The notes under the pieces: model-generated
Told to the model about the DNA's origin: nothing
The model's database searches: none
What the model saw: only the letters and a program-made list of their open reading frames with translations
Assembly: GCA_020536535.1 (NCBI GenBank)
Contig: JAHLWZ010000177.1
Span: 1 to 54,700, forward strand
Direction: 5' to 3'
Source: Pelomyxa schiedti
Taxonomy: Eukaryota; Protista; Evosea
DNA length: 54,700 nucleotides
Position numbers and translations under genes: made by a program
Shown: positions 1 through 13,335 of the stretch, piece after piece
How the letters are laid out: every line of letters begins with the position of its first letter
Numbering within the stretch: position 1 is the stretch's first letter

Positions 1-571
1 CCAGGACATACCTTCCCCAAAGCCACAGTCCTGTCACCCCCACAACCCTTGTCATTACCCTCACAGTTATCTTTGATGGGAACAGCTTCTAGTCAGCCAA
101 GCCAAGCCAATGCCCTCACACCATCACAACAACTCTTTCAACTTATGCTGCTACAGCAGAGCCAACAGCAGCAGCAACAGCAATCTCAGGACTCCACAGC
201 ACAACAACAGATTCTGCAACTTCAGCAGCAAATGCTACAGCTATCACAGAAGCCAGTTTCCCTGTTACCACAGCAGCCGATAACCCTTCCCTCATTAACA
301 CTCACACCCACAACTACCGGCACTGGTGGCGGTAATATATTCACTACCAGTAACACTAGTTCTAGTACAAGCAACAGTGAACCAGTTAATCCTAAGCCAC
401 CGCGGTTCCAACAGACTACTCGTATGGAGACATCATTCACAATACAGTGTGATCAGCTTAGTAACAACCTTCCCAAGCTCACTGATAAAGTAAGCAAGCT
501 GCTTCTGCTAATAGCAACCCTGGCCAGGATGAACCTCATTAAACCGGAAGTAAAAGCAATTCTCAAAGGTA
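1..571 (+). repeat. Misplaced copy (allele A) of the Q/T-rich exon segment of the gene at 26699-30339
   Basis: 1-121 is identical to 29810-29930 and 451-571 is identical to 30031-30151; the middle fills the N gap at 29931-30030; a 100-N gap follows. Confidence 0.85.
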
Positions 572-932
572 NNNNNNNNNNNNNNNNNNNNNNNNNNNNN
601 NNNNNNNNNNNNNNNNNNNNNNNNNNNNNNNNNNNNNNNNNNNNNNNNNNNNNNNNNNNNNNNNNNNNNNNCCCCCTTTTAGTTGTCCATGTTACAACAA
701 GCTCTGACAACCATGCCTCACACCCTGTGACAAAACCCAAAAAGCTGTCACATTCCCCCCTCAATTATAACGAACCTGCACCAACCGCATCGACCAATTC
801 CTCATCAACCGCGGCAACAAAACCCCCCATGTTACTCCCCCGCCCTTCGTTCTTCCTTCTCCCGGCAGAAGGAAGACCTTCGAGGAAACAACACGCCGAA
901 ACGATTTTTTTTTTCTCATCAAGGCCACTGCT

Positions 933-3117
933 ATGGCGGCGTCAGCATCGGCTGCGGCGACGACCGACATCGTACAACCACCACCACCACCGACACTGAG
1001 GCACACGCCGTCGATATGGAGTGCGTCGTGGCACCCCAACGCAGTCACGGCAGCGACGGCGAGCAACAAAAGCAACAGTAAGCCAAGATCCGGCGGCGGC
1101 GGCGACAGCGGGGAGGCCACGGCCTACGCTACGAGTAGAAGCAGTCGCGGCAGTGCTAGCGGCAGCGCGTGGGCGCAGCGGCTGGGGGAGGGAGAGGGAG
1201 AGGGAGGGGATTATGGGACGGGGGCGGGGGTGGAGGAGGTGTGCAACGGGGAGGTCGGCGTGACGGTGGTCGAGAGGGCACGGGCACCACAACCACCACT
1301 CCACGACGGGGTAGCATGCTCGTCGCCCATAATCGCTTACGGATCACAAGTTACATGTACCTAGTAGTACAGTTTTCTTTTTTTGTTATTTTTTATTTTG
1401 ATTTTTTGGTAGTATATATTATATACAGTTGTACTCATAATAATTACTGCCTTCCTTGTTTCTGATAAACATGAAGTGCTGTATGTGTCATACAAGCGGG
1501 AGGCACAGGCAACAACAACTGTTTTGGATTGTAGACATGAACGTGTACCAAAGGTTTTCATCTTTGGGAAAGGTATGGGCTGGAGTACTTCATCATAGTT
1601 GGGTGACTGATAAGCATCCTTAGAGCCGAATATGCTGGGTCTCGATGTGGGCTTGCAACGTCTAAGGCAAGGAGACAGGGCACTTATAAACATTTTGCCC
1701 GCGCTTACGTGCCTACCCAATACTCCAGCGTTGGCATACAGTGTTTCGTACCTTGTTTGGATATTACGTGTCATACCTCCCACTGAAGTATCTTCTATCC
1801 GTTTGAAATGTAAATTATCAGTACTAATGGTCTTCAGGACGACCCAATTTCTGGTCCGTCCTGGGAGAAAGATATCGGAACAATGTGGTTCAGAAAAACC
1901 GATTTTCGCCATGCTTTATTATTTTACCTGAGGTTACTTCACCATTTTCTTTCCATAAAAACAGGCAGCACCAATACCTTTAATAGGTCTATTTCACAGG
2001 TTGACCTGCATAAGGACTGCCCTGATCCCAGAGTCAAGGTAGAGCTCCTCTCATACCGTTCCTGCCCCTAAGACTTCTATCACTAGGAACTGAGAATTTC
2101 TGCTCGGATCAATTGTGCTATTTGCCACGCCAAAATGAATCAGTGGAATCAGAGCTTAGTATATGCAGAACAGGTTCTTGTCTTCGCTTTGCATTCTTTT
2201 GCGATGACCTCTGAAAGGCTGCAGCTCTTGACCCTACACAAACTAAGAGCCTGTTCCATGCCAGCCGTGCACATAAAAACTTGGGTCACCTCAAACAGGC
2301 GTATGAACTTCTTACTCAGGCTGTAAACTTGGCACCTAAGGATAAATCTATCACCGATGAACTAGTTGCAGTTGGTAGGCTCGTAAGTAAAGAAGACCCC
2401 ACATTTGCCATCGTGCCAATGAGGGATACCTTATCTTCTCCGGGCAGCCCAACCCCCGAAATTACCCCTCAACGTGACAACAGCCCCCCGCACAGTGATT
2501 CTCCAGCAACACAACTTCCAGAACCTGCTGTCCAGCCAAGTTCTACCAAAACCTCAGCATCCCCATCATCGGTAGACACCAAACTCAATGACCCGGAAGC
2601 ACCCAAAGAACAAGACACTAATACAACCACTCCCAGCAGCCCCGAAACTGAAACTGCCAATTCCCCACACACAATCACACCGGAAAGTGAACCTCCGGTA
2701 CAAACAAAAACAACAACAGAACCACCACCACAATCCAGCATCCCCATTACCAACAGCGAGACCAAAAACCCAGAGGAACCCACAACTCCCGCTTTTCGCT
2801 CAGAGGCCGAGGTTCCAGAGCCAACAACAACAACAACAACAACATCCACCATCAATCACACACCGGTGTTGCAAGATACCAGTAACCCTATCCCCATGAC
2901 CACAACAACAACAACAAGTGACCACACCCCGTCCGATGACAATAATAACCCAACAACACCAATCACACCTGTGGAACCCTCACAATCACAATCCTCCTCA
3001 GACTCAGAAACACACCCATCATCAGGAATTACCACAACAACAACACAGCAGGGTGGTGACGACACCGCTAGCAGCCAGCAACAAACACAAACCACAACAA
3101 CACAAGATTCGCCCTGA
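933..3117 (+). CDS. FKBP-like + TPR co-chaperone (immunophilin-like) with long P/T/S-rich tail, multi-exon
   Basis: Spliced segments VFIFGK..GLDVGLQRLRQGDRALINI..IPP (FKBP-like) and EKDIGTMWFRKTDFRHALLFY, RINCAICHAKMNQW, KSLFHASRAHKNLGHLKQAYELLTQAVNLAPKDKSI (TPR repeats); last exon is ORF 2281-3117. Confidence 0.65.
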
Positions 3118-3364
3118 CCTCAGACAGGACAACTTAAGATAACCACCCACAATTGACTCCCACATCATCACCGTTCTTTGGTTTTTTTCCTTCTCTGTTG
3201 ATACAGGTGATTGTGTGGTGTGACAGATGGTATCCATCCACCACACTTCATGATGACACCTTGGTGGTATTTTATGAAACTCGAACGAGTGTTGATTTAC
3301 CAACAACCAACTCTGATCATTTTCTTTTTGGTTTGTTTTCGCTTTATTGATCGAAGGGGCGCCG

Positions 3365-4751
3365 ATGGCAGCACGCAATGATGGGGTGATTGTTGTAGTT
3401 GGGTCGTGCAACGTGGACCTGATCACATACACTGACAAGCTACCCGCGGTGGGTGAGACTGTGAGGGGAACTAACTTCAAGGTTGTTATTATGGGTTCCC
3501 CCTGTTGCGTTTGCTATTAGAGAGGAATAGTATCTATAGTATTGAATTTCCCTATTTTTTTTTTTTATTTTGATTATTATTAGCAAGGGTTTGGAGGAAA
3601 GGGAGCTAACCAATGCGTTGCGTGTGCCAAGCTGGGTGCTAAAACGGTATGTGTCTGAATTGACTTTTTTTTTGTTGGGTAATTTATTATTATAATGAAT
3701 TGACCTTTGGTTCTATCAAGTACATGGTGAGTAAGCTGGGGAATGACTCGCTTGGACAACAAACCCTGGATAACTTCAGGTGCGCTCGGCGAGTTTTACA
3801 TTGAGTCCTTATTGTATCAACAGGACAATTGGAGTGGATGCCACTCATGTGGGAGTGATTGAGGGAGAAGCTTCTGGTGTTGCCACAATCACTGTTGATT
3901 CTCACGGAAGTAATAACATCATCATTGTCCCTGGTGCCAATGATAGGCTGGAGCCCCATGAGGTGACCATGCTTGATTACTACTCCAATTGCCGACTTTT
4001 TTCCAGGTAGAAAAAGCCAGGGGAGTAATTAAATCCAGCAAAGTCATGCTTGTGCAACTCGAAATTCTACCTCAAACAACAATTGCAGCAATGAAGGTTG
4101 GAAGAACATTCTCTTTTAATAATGAATCAAATTAAACAGATTGGCAAAGAGGAGGGATTAACAGTTGTTTTCAACCCAGCACCGGCACCAGTGAATCCAA
4201 CCGACGCTCCCACAGAGCTCTACACTTTGGCCGATTTAATCGTGCCCAACGAGACAGAACTTGCAGTTATTACTGGGATGCCCACCGGAACAGAGGAGGT
4301 TCTCTCACCGCTCATTACCACACTTCGAGGCATGACTCTCACAGTCCGTAGGAAATCACGGCAGCAGCACGTAGGTTAATCCAAATGGCTAATTCACACA
4401 GACCCCCGCAATATTCCGCGGCCACAGTGGTTGTAACACTTGGCTCCAAAGGCTGCCTTCTTGTAACCCCTGATTCGGCCCCACCGGTTCACATATCAGC
4501 CCCAAGGGTGGAAGCCATAGACACAACCGGAGCCGGTGACTGCTTCATTGGGTTTGCATACATATTTCTACTTCCTCACAATGCACTGACATATTCCTCA
4601 CAGAGCCATGGCCTTTTTCCTTGGGATGGGCAACACCTTACCCAATGCACTGCAGAAGGCATGCCACATTGCCTCCATGAGTGTAACAAAGAGAGGCACA
4701 CAGACATCCTTCCCAACCAGAGACCAAGTGCCCTCTTCCTTCTTTGATTGA
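3365..4751 (+). CDS. RBKS: Ribokinase (PfkB family), 8 exons
   Basis: VVGSCNVDL, GFGGKGANQ, IVPGAN, FNPAPA, PNETE, VVTLGSKG, DTTGAGDCFIG motifs joined by GT-AG introns. Confidence 0.95.
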
Positions 4752-4972
4752 ACCGTCTTTCAATTTTGAAAAGCACAACACAAATGGAAAATGAAATTTG
4801 TTTCTTGTTTGTTTTCCCTTTTTGTATAGGTGTTGTTTTGTATGAACAGGGGCTGGGATGGAGGATGCGGCAGCAAGCAATATCCTCCTTGTTATTGTGG
4901 CTGGAAGTAGGTAGATGGAATGGATATGTGGGGATTGGTTGTGGTAGTGTGGATGCGGATGTGGATATACAT

Positions 4973-5576
4973 TTAGACTTGACTGGAGACACACTTCTCA
5001 CTCATGAGCTTATCTTTGTTCTTGTTGAAGTGAACAGCGCGGCATGTGTCCATACCGGTGCACGTGTGGTCCTCTGGTAGCCTGTGTTCTGGGCAGAAGT
5101 GACCGGAGCAGTATTTGCAGTCCCCGACTAGGAGAACAGCACGCTTTTTACATTCCGGTATTGTGCATTTGCCTTTAATGTTTGATACAGGCTTCCCGGC
5201 AGTTGGCGCGGCCGCCGAGGTGCTACTTGATGTAGATGTGGTAGTTGTGGTAGTTGGTGAGCCGGCCTTCATTCCCCCGCATATTCTGTTGAGGTGTAAG
5301 TGTTATGTGAGTTGGTGAATGTAGTGAACCTGAAGGAGATGTCAAGGTCGTCGTGGTTGTAAATAACGTCGCTGGGTGATAAGAATTTCCCTGATCGACG
5401 GAAGAGAACTTCACCGGTTATTGCTGCAAGGAGGTTATAAAAGCGATACACAAAACAACTAGGTGCAAACCCTCGTGTTGTCGCACATAAGCGGCGATGT
5501 CGGAAACGTCAGCAAACTCGGTATCGATGTTTACCGTGATGCACCGCCCCGATGTCGTTCTAACGTGTATTTGCAT
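4973..5576 (-). CDS. Ubiquitin-like domain + AN1 zinc finger protein (ZFAND4-like)
   Basis: N-term MQIHVRTTSGRCITV...ISFR|ICGG; C-term CTIPECKKR..VGDCKYCSGHFCPEHRLPEDHTC is an AN1 finger. Confidence 0.85.
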
Positions 5577-5995
5577 AGATCTTGCTTTACTAGTTGTCTT
5601 GGCGATGTGGATCTTGTGTTGTAGTGTACTGTTGGTGTACTGAGTACTGGAGGTAAGTTGCTTGCGTGTTAACGTGCTTGTTGTTGCTGGCAATTATTTG
5701 TTTTTATCTGAGTTTTTTGTGTTGCTTTTTTTTCCTCTTTGCTAAGGCTTCTTTGAATTGGTACCGCAGCAGTACTTTGACGAAGTTCGAGTGAATTTGT
5801 TTACTCCCCAATTGATCCAATTCATCACCCCAAGTTGAAGACACGTGTCATCCACCTGGATTTGCAAGGGAGGGTGGGATTCCACTCGTCAAAGGGGTCG
5901 ATTGTGACATGAGTTGCCGGAACATCAAATGGAGCGTGTGCATTGAAGCGTTGTGATGATCACAATTTTGAAAAACACCAAAACACAAAAGGGGG

Positions 5996-8900
5996 ATGAT
6001 GCAGGAGAAGCAGATCGTTGAAGGGCTGGCGGCTGCTGTGCAGGCCGTAATTGCGACATCATGTTGTGGATGTATTGGCTTCTGTATATTCGCTCATTTT
6101 CGATTCAAGGTAAGGGATCTACAACCGAGTCGAAGTTTGTTTGGGACGCACAAGGCGGCGTTCTGGCCACTCAAATGGTGATTGCTTTGGAGGCTGTCAT
6201 TTTGCACGCCCAGAAGAAAGGTTAATGAATAGCTATTTGCCCCTTTGCCTTTTGTTGCCTCATGGATCGGTGGGTGGCACTGACAGCGAAACAGTTACTT
6301 CGTTCTTTGGGCCGAAAGACTATGTGGATTTCCTCATGACATGTAGGAATTCTGTGCCCTTGGCAAAAGCTGTTTTTGATACTGCTCAGAACCTTCCAAA
6401 GACTAAAACGCCAAGGGGAAAAGGTTTGCGTCTCTCACTTCGAGTACTGTACTTCCACAAGTAGGAAGGGCAGCCCTAGCGATTGCTCTCTTTTCCAAAC
6501 AACTTGTACCAATGCTGCAATCACTATCCACCAATTCTCAAGTGCTACAGTAATTTCCTTATCTCTTCAATTCCCCCATTCACGTTGGATCCCAGTGAGT
6601 GGTATGAATCCCAGGGTTTCTTTTGGAGTCTTGACAAGCAAGAACTCATTTTTGGTGTTCTTTCTCCTCTATCAGTCGTGGACTTCAAAAACGGTATCCA
6701 GCATAATCTCTCATTTCACCTTTCACAATGACTCCCAGATAGACCAAATATGATGAATTATTTACAACAAACTGATTTTGACCACCTCCAACTTCAACCA
6801 CAAACTCCAACAACTCCTCCCACTGCACCAGCAACACCACCACCACAGTTAGTGCAACCTCAATTATCCCAACTGCCATCCACACCAACAACCTCCCAAT
6901 TACCCCTCAGTACAGCACCACAACTTCAACCAACGCCACAACCAACAACCGCACCAGCTCAGTCGCCTAATGTTAAATCTTTATTTGTACTTCCATTCAG
7001 CATGACTTTTTTCTGATTCTGTTTACAGTCGTCCTTTTTGTCTAGTATTGGCGAAGAACCAAAGAGTACACCAACACCGGCACCTCCACCCAATCCCACT
7101 CCTGTACCCTCTACACCAGTAACAGTGCGAATCCCCTTCACTGTTGTTTGTTTTACTTTAAATACAGGTACAGCAGCAAGTTCAGCAGTACACCTCAACT
7201 ATTCAGACCCTCCAGCAACAATTGCAATTGAGCCATCAGGAATCGAACTCACACCAACAAAAAATTATTTCTCTGGAAGCGGAACTCGCTACTGTTCGAG
7301 CTCAGCAACCAGCCTCAAGTCAACATGGTTCTCACTCTCAGATCTCTTTTTGTTAGCAAACCTTCATCACAGATTTGGAATCCAAAATCGACCAGTTATT
7401 ACAAACTATAAACCAACTTCAAGAAGAAAAGACTGCAGGTCCTTAGTCAATAAAAAAAGGGGAAACTCACGTACAACAGAAAAAAAGCGTAATGACGAAG
7501 AAATCTCTACTCTTAAGGAAACAGTAAAATCCTCTGAGATTGATCATCAACAAATCGGACTTCTTCAAAATAAAGTTTACAAATCAATACCTTTGAAGAA
7601 AAGTTAACAATAATATAGATCATTGAATTGCAATGTAGCAGTGAAACTACAAAAGCTGAGTGCAATCGACTGAATGCTTCTATAGCCCAAATGACTCAAG
7701 AGGCCACTCAACTTCAGGCTGTCATCTTGGAAGAATCAACTGAAATCACTGTGAGATTCCAAAATATGATGCCTTTGAAGCATAACTCTTTTTAGAAATT
7801 GAAGTCACTTAACTCGAAGCTAGCAGAAGAAAAGTATGGAATCTTCTTTCCACTCCTATGTTATCTGAAGTTCCTCTTTGTAGGACACAACAAGAGCAGG
7901 AACTGAAGCAAGGTATTGCACTTCTTAACGAAAAAAATTTCTCTTTGGATACAGAGGTATGTCCCCAAAATATTCATTTGCGTTGTGAGAAGACAAAGGT
8001 TCAAAATGCGAAATTAGAGTGCACACGTCTCCAAGGAATCATTTCTCAACAGCAACAAACAGAGTCTTCTCTTCGAGCCCAGATGCTAAACTCTACCACT
8101 GATACTGCAGAACATTCGTCCGGTGCGCAAGGTTTGCTGCTCCAGTTAGACCAGCTCCGCGCTGAACTACAGACAAAAGATATCAAGGTTGTAACCTGCA
8201 AAACGCACATTCTTACAATCTTAAGATACAAGAACTCTTTTCTGAGATCACAGCAGCCAAAAAAGCAACTTTTGACAAAACCCAGGAGCTTCTTGCTGCT
8301 ACTGATAAGGTTACTCAACAATAGAAATTGAAACCGCTAAAAATCCTCAGATAAAGAGTCTGTCCCAAGTTGATACCCAAGTGCAAGAACAAGTAACTGG
8401 ATTTCCTTCTAATGAAATTTTCATTCCTTTAAGATTCAAACTCTCGAAAAAAAAGTGGGCTTACTTAACAAGGAAAAAAGTGACCAACTCAATGAAGTAG
8501 TGTTTGCTCTTGGAAAAATCATTCTAATGGTTTTAATTACTAGATAAGTTCTTTATCAGGGCGACTTGTTGAAGCGGAGCAAGCAACACTTAGGAGAGCA
8601 GAAATTGCAGAACAGCTTTCATCTAAGAATGCCGCCTTGCTTGAAGAGATGCAATCCACAAAGCAACATTGTCAAGCTGAAGTAATGTGAATAGGAACTC
8701 AATAAAAGTGCTCAATGTTTGAATTAGGTTCAGACTCTATCCTCAAAATTGGCAGAGGCTACACAAAGTGGGAATGATAAAGCTAAGCTTGCCTTATCCT
8801 TGAAGTCAGAAGTGAACTCCTCCAAGGGGAAGGATTATTGACTCAAATGCATAGGTCTCTGATTTATCCGCCAAATTGGCAGAAATGCAAAAACAGTTGA

Positions 8901-10227
8901 AGGAATGTAAACTCTCTGAATCTTCATTGAGCCAGCAAGTTTCCGTTCTCACAGCGCAAACTAAGCAAAATCTCGCAGAGATTGAGAAAAACCATTTGGA
9001 GGTACTTTTGCAATTGAAAGAGTCTTCACTAATAGAAAGATGTTGTGTAGATTCAACGTCTGAACACCCAGCTGACAGAGGCCGAAAAACTTGCTTCTGA
9101 GAAATCTCAACTCGAGTTGAAACTCAAGCAGCAGATTTCCACACTAGAGAAACAACTTTCCGATATAAAGGCCTCAAGCACCAACACTTCACACCAGCAG
9201 CAATCTCAGGTTACAGTTCCCAGTTTGATTCCAAGTAATGAAGTGCTTCAGCTGCAACAAATTCAAGCAGAAGCCGCCGAATTAAGGAGCGCATTGCAAA
9301 GCTCTCTTCAACAGTATCGAAACTTAGAAGCGACTCACACTGCTTTATCACAAAAGATGCAAACTCTGAGTACTGATTATAATAATGCCGTTACCCAGGG
9401 GAACCAATTGTCGACCATGGTATTTTTCTGAAGTGGGCAAATTGCTGTTCTTACTTCCCTTGAAGAATGAACAGCAGAAAAACCTAGTGGCATCACTAAG
9501 AGCTGAGGTCTCTTCTCTGACAACTAACCTCAACAAAGTCCAGTTCGACCTTGGGTAACTTCTCGAACCCCCTGCGGTTACACACATCTTAATTTACAAT
9601 TTAGGGAGGCAACGCTCAAGCTAGCACAACTCACCAAGGATGAACAGTGGTGGCACAGCAAGTCAATCGAACTGAACGGCGACTTTGTAGTACAGACAGA
9701 AGAACTTCGCAAGCTAATGAAACTGTGTGTTTCGGAACTCGCGGAATGAAAAGCCTAACAACAAATAGGGTTCATGACAAGGAAGATACTATCAGGAAAT
9801 TGGGAGAAGCTGAACAAGCACTTTACGACATAAAGGAATCAGTAAATCTTCCATACTCCAAAAAAAGAATTAATAAATTCATAAAAAAAACCTGCAGACA
9901 TCAATACAAAACAATAAAATTAAAGTACTTGATGAAGAAAATGAGAGAATAAGAAAGAGAGTATGACTGGCCCTACTACACCCAATAAATGGGTTTTATC
10001 TTATGAATTCAACAACCCGGAAACTCTCAAATCCTGACATACACATAAAAAGCTCGCTGTACGAGAAAAGCAACTTCTGGAGGCCAACAGACGTTGCGCC
10101 GAAACTGAGAGTGAGAAACAAAAAGTCGCGGAGCAAGCTGAATCCTTTCGGCTCTCACTCCTAGAAGTAAATAAAAGGTTTCCCAATGATCCACCAATTA
10201 TCCCCTCTCACTTCTCCTAAGGTATGA
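5996..10227 (+). CDS. RUN-domain + long coiled-coil protein (RUFY-like, no FYVE seen), many short introns
   Basis: KTPRGK|GRALAIALFSKQL..EWYESQGFFWSLDKQELIFGVLSPLSVVDF resembles RUN blocks; P/T/Q linker then Q/E/K/L heptad-rich exons; 3' end approximate. Confidence 0.65.
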
Positions 10228-10466
10228 AGAGGCTGTCATTGCCGCCGAAACCAGGTCCTGAAAATAATAATAACCACAGCCGTAACCCTCACTCTGTAAA
10301 ACAACAAACAAAAACTGTAACACCTTTTTGTCAGTGGAACCAAAGCTTCTTCAACCAAATAAAAAAGAGCAGTTTCCAAGTGTTCAAAAAAAAATGTATT
10401 GAGTTTTCCAATGAGCATTAGAATGTTGTTGTGTCACAGTTAAAGAATGAGGTGTTTGATGGCTTC

Positions 10467-13128
10467 TTACACCACAAACTGGTCATACTTTGCTTTCCTC
10501 TCAGCAACGAGGGCATCAGAGCAGGCACAAGGGGTGGTTAGTACCATGTGGTACTCGCACTTGGCTGGTTCGCTGGCTGATATCAGCTCAGTCTTGGCTC
10601 CGCAAACAACTTCAACCTATGGGCATGTGAGTGTGGGGTAGGTACATAAGTGCGGAGTGTGTGTTCCGGTGTAATGATGATGCCGGTTAAGGTGTGCTTG
10701 TATGAATTGTAGTGTGGGTGGTGCGGTGATACTGTGCAGGTGATTGTGAGGTTGGATTGTGTTAGTTGGGATGTTTTGTTACCTTGGCGGACCTATCGGG
10801 GCCGTTCCAGCAATGTACACCTTTGGTGTACTCCATAACGGCGTGGTCTCCGATCCAGTGCTCCCATGTTCTGTAAGTATTTTTAGATGAAGGAATAAGA
10901 TGCGGCGGGTTACCCGAGAGATGTGGATGACCCAGATGAATCTTGGGAGGCCTTATCAAATGGACATACTTTGTATGTGTACCTGGGGAAAGTATGAAAG
11001 ATTGATTTTTTTTGGGTATGTGCGAACTGTTCAACATCAACAGAATAACACTGATCCACCAGATAAACAAAGCAGTGATCCTCACCTAAAAAAAGAGGAT
11101 TTGAACTTTTGGGACTCAGATTGAGGAATACCATAGTCTTTCTCCAAGAACTTATCAGCCTTATCTAGATCAGATTGTAGGGATCTTTCTCGAGACCGGG
11201 CAGCACTGAGTTCATCCTCTGCCTTTTTGGTTGCTGAAAAATGTTTGAGTTTCATTTAGGTAACTCGTGAGATATTATATAGATTACAACTACAACCATC
11301 AGTAGTGACATGTGGAAGTGGAGGTTTGCGTGTGACAAGTGACACTAACCACCACACACGTGCAGACACCCATTTAAAGGGTGCTGCTACATAACCAAGC
11401 CACCCCCCTTCCCATTTATCAACACATTCAATAGTTTCATGTAAGGGTGTCTCTGTACCTACCACTGTCAGAAAAAAAGAAAAACCAAGGTAAAATATAA
11501 TAGGGGAAGACCTTCTTTGAATGGGGCAAGCTCGGGATCGTCAACTGGGTTATATTGAGGCTCTTCTGCTGGGATCTCCGCCGCTTTCTCCTCTTCCACT
11601 GGTGGGACGATATCATTGAGCCTTTCTGCAAAAGAAATGATAAAAGTTAATAAATTGCTGTGTAAGTTATATAACCTTCTTCTGGCAAATTCTTATTTGG
11701 ATCGAGTTCTTCCATAATTATATCGTCGGGGTCAATGGGTGCACTGTGTGGTAAGTGTTTGTGCTTATGTTTCTTATCTCTCTTTTTCTTATCTTTCTTA
11801 TCTTTCGCTTTCTTATTTTCCTTTTTATTTTTTTTATGGTGTGATGTTGTGGTATCTTCAGTGGCCATGGGTGGGTTGGGCAAATGTTGTTGGGTTTGAG
11901 GAGAGATAGAAGATACTGACTCGCCATCACCGCTAGTGAATTTAAGAATATAGGCAAGTGTTGTTGTGTTGTCACCAACCTTGGTTGTTCATTAATCGGT
12001 TCAGCAGGTTCATTATTTGCATCTGAGAAATGATGACAACTAAGCTTTCCGGGGGAACGAAGTACCTTTGGTGGGTTCATCCACATGGTGTGCTAAACAA
12101 AATTAATGATACAGACAAACTAGAAGGCAAACCCTGATTAAGCTCCTCCGCTTTTTTATCTTCAAGTTCTTGGATGTCATCTTTTATTTCTGAATAGTAT
12201 TAGAATGCAAGCAATTGCAGAGGAAAATCTTTACTTTCAAGTCTGGCCACTTCCTCCTTTGCTTCATTGAGCTGAACTCTGTCGATAACTGAGTCCAAAA
12301 TTTCGATAGGAGGGAAATACCTTACTGCGTCCGCTTGTACTTTCATTTCACTATAAGAGGCAGTACCACTAGTACTCAGAGATTTTCTCTCTTCTAAACC
12401 CTTTCAGAAGTGAGGATGCCTTGCCGGTGTTATTGAATGGTACTTGTATAGCAGCATCTAATTGTGCCTTGGCAGCGATTCTCTCAGCAGCACCGAGTTC
12501 AGTGCACGCGTTTTTGCACTTTACTTTCCCAGCGTATTCATCACTACCATCACAACAATCTGGCATAAAGTTAATTAAAACTTCACTAACCATAAGATGG
12601 GAACAAACCGCAAATCCCATCATTGACAAAAGATGAAGGAATGCTAATTGGTATATACCCCCTATTTGCGCACTTGAATTTCCCAACAGGGCAAGCGGAA
12701 GTCACTGAACCAAACCAAACCAAATAAACAAAAAAAAAAGTAAGAGTCAACCAGTTGCAAGTCAACAAGTTACAGAAACCAAACCAAACGAAACACAACA
12801 CCAAACAAGCACGGAAGGGTGTATTATGGGAGGCGAAGCAGCACACACACACAGAGAGAGATAACACAACACAACACAACGCACGTGGCTCGTCGAGGCC
12901 ATCGACCGGGCAATCGCAGTAGTCGTCGTTGACCCTCGCCGCCGGCACATCGACCCACCCGCCTGCTGCTGCTGTCCCATAACCCGCTTGGCACCGCACC
13001 CCCTGCTGCTCGCTACCGCCCTCCCCGCCCGCTGCGGCAGGTGACACCGCCACCGCGACCGCGACCGCGACCGCAACCACAACCACCCACGTGCTCATGC
13101 ACCAACAAACACAACAACCTGCCCGCAT
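10467..13128 (-). CDS. PRKCSH: Glucosidase II beta subunit (PRKCSH-like)
   Basis: Hydrophobic signal region; VNDDYCDCPVDGLDEP, FKCANRGYIP..VNDGIC|DCCDGSDE; C-terminal MRH with MEYTKGVHCWNGPDRS and SEPAKCEY. Confidence 0.9.
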
Positions 13129-13335
13129 CGTCTCACCAAAACTTTTATTGTAAAGTTGCTCAGTCGCCGAATGACTACTCACTAGACTGGGTCCCCCAAT
13201 TCCCTTTGGGGAAGGGATGCTCCCAGCATAACAACAGAGAGAGACCAGTGCGGTCGGGCTCCATGTTCTACCTAGAGTGTTCGGGCACATTTTGAGTGGT
13301 AGACTCACAGGAATTTTTTTGTTCTTGAGCATAGC

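Noticed and set aside
2760-3117. ACA/CAA microsatellite-like runs
   Set aside because: They encode poly-Thr/Gln low-complexity protein tails and show no repeat-spacer structure
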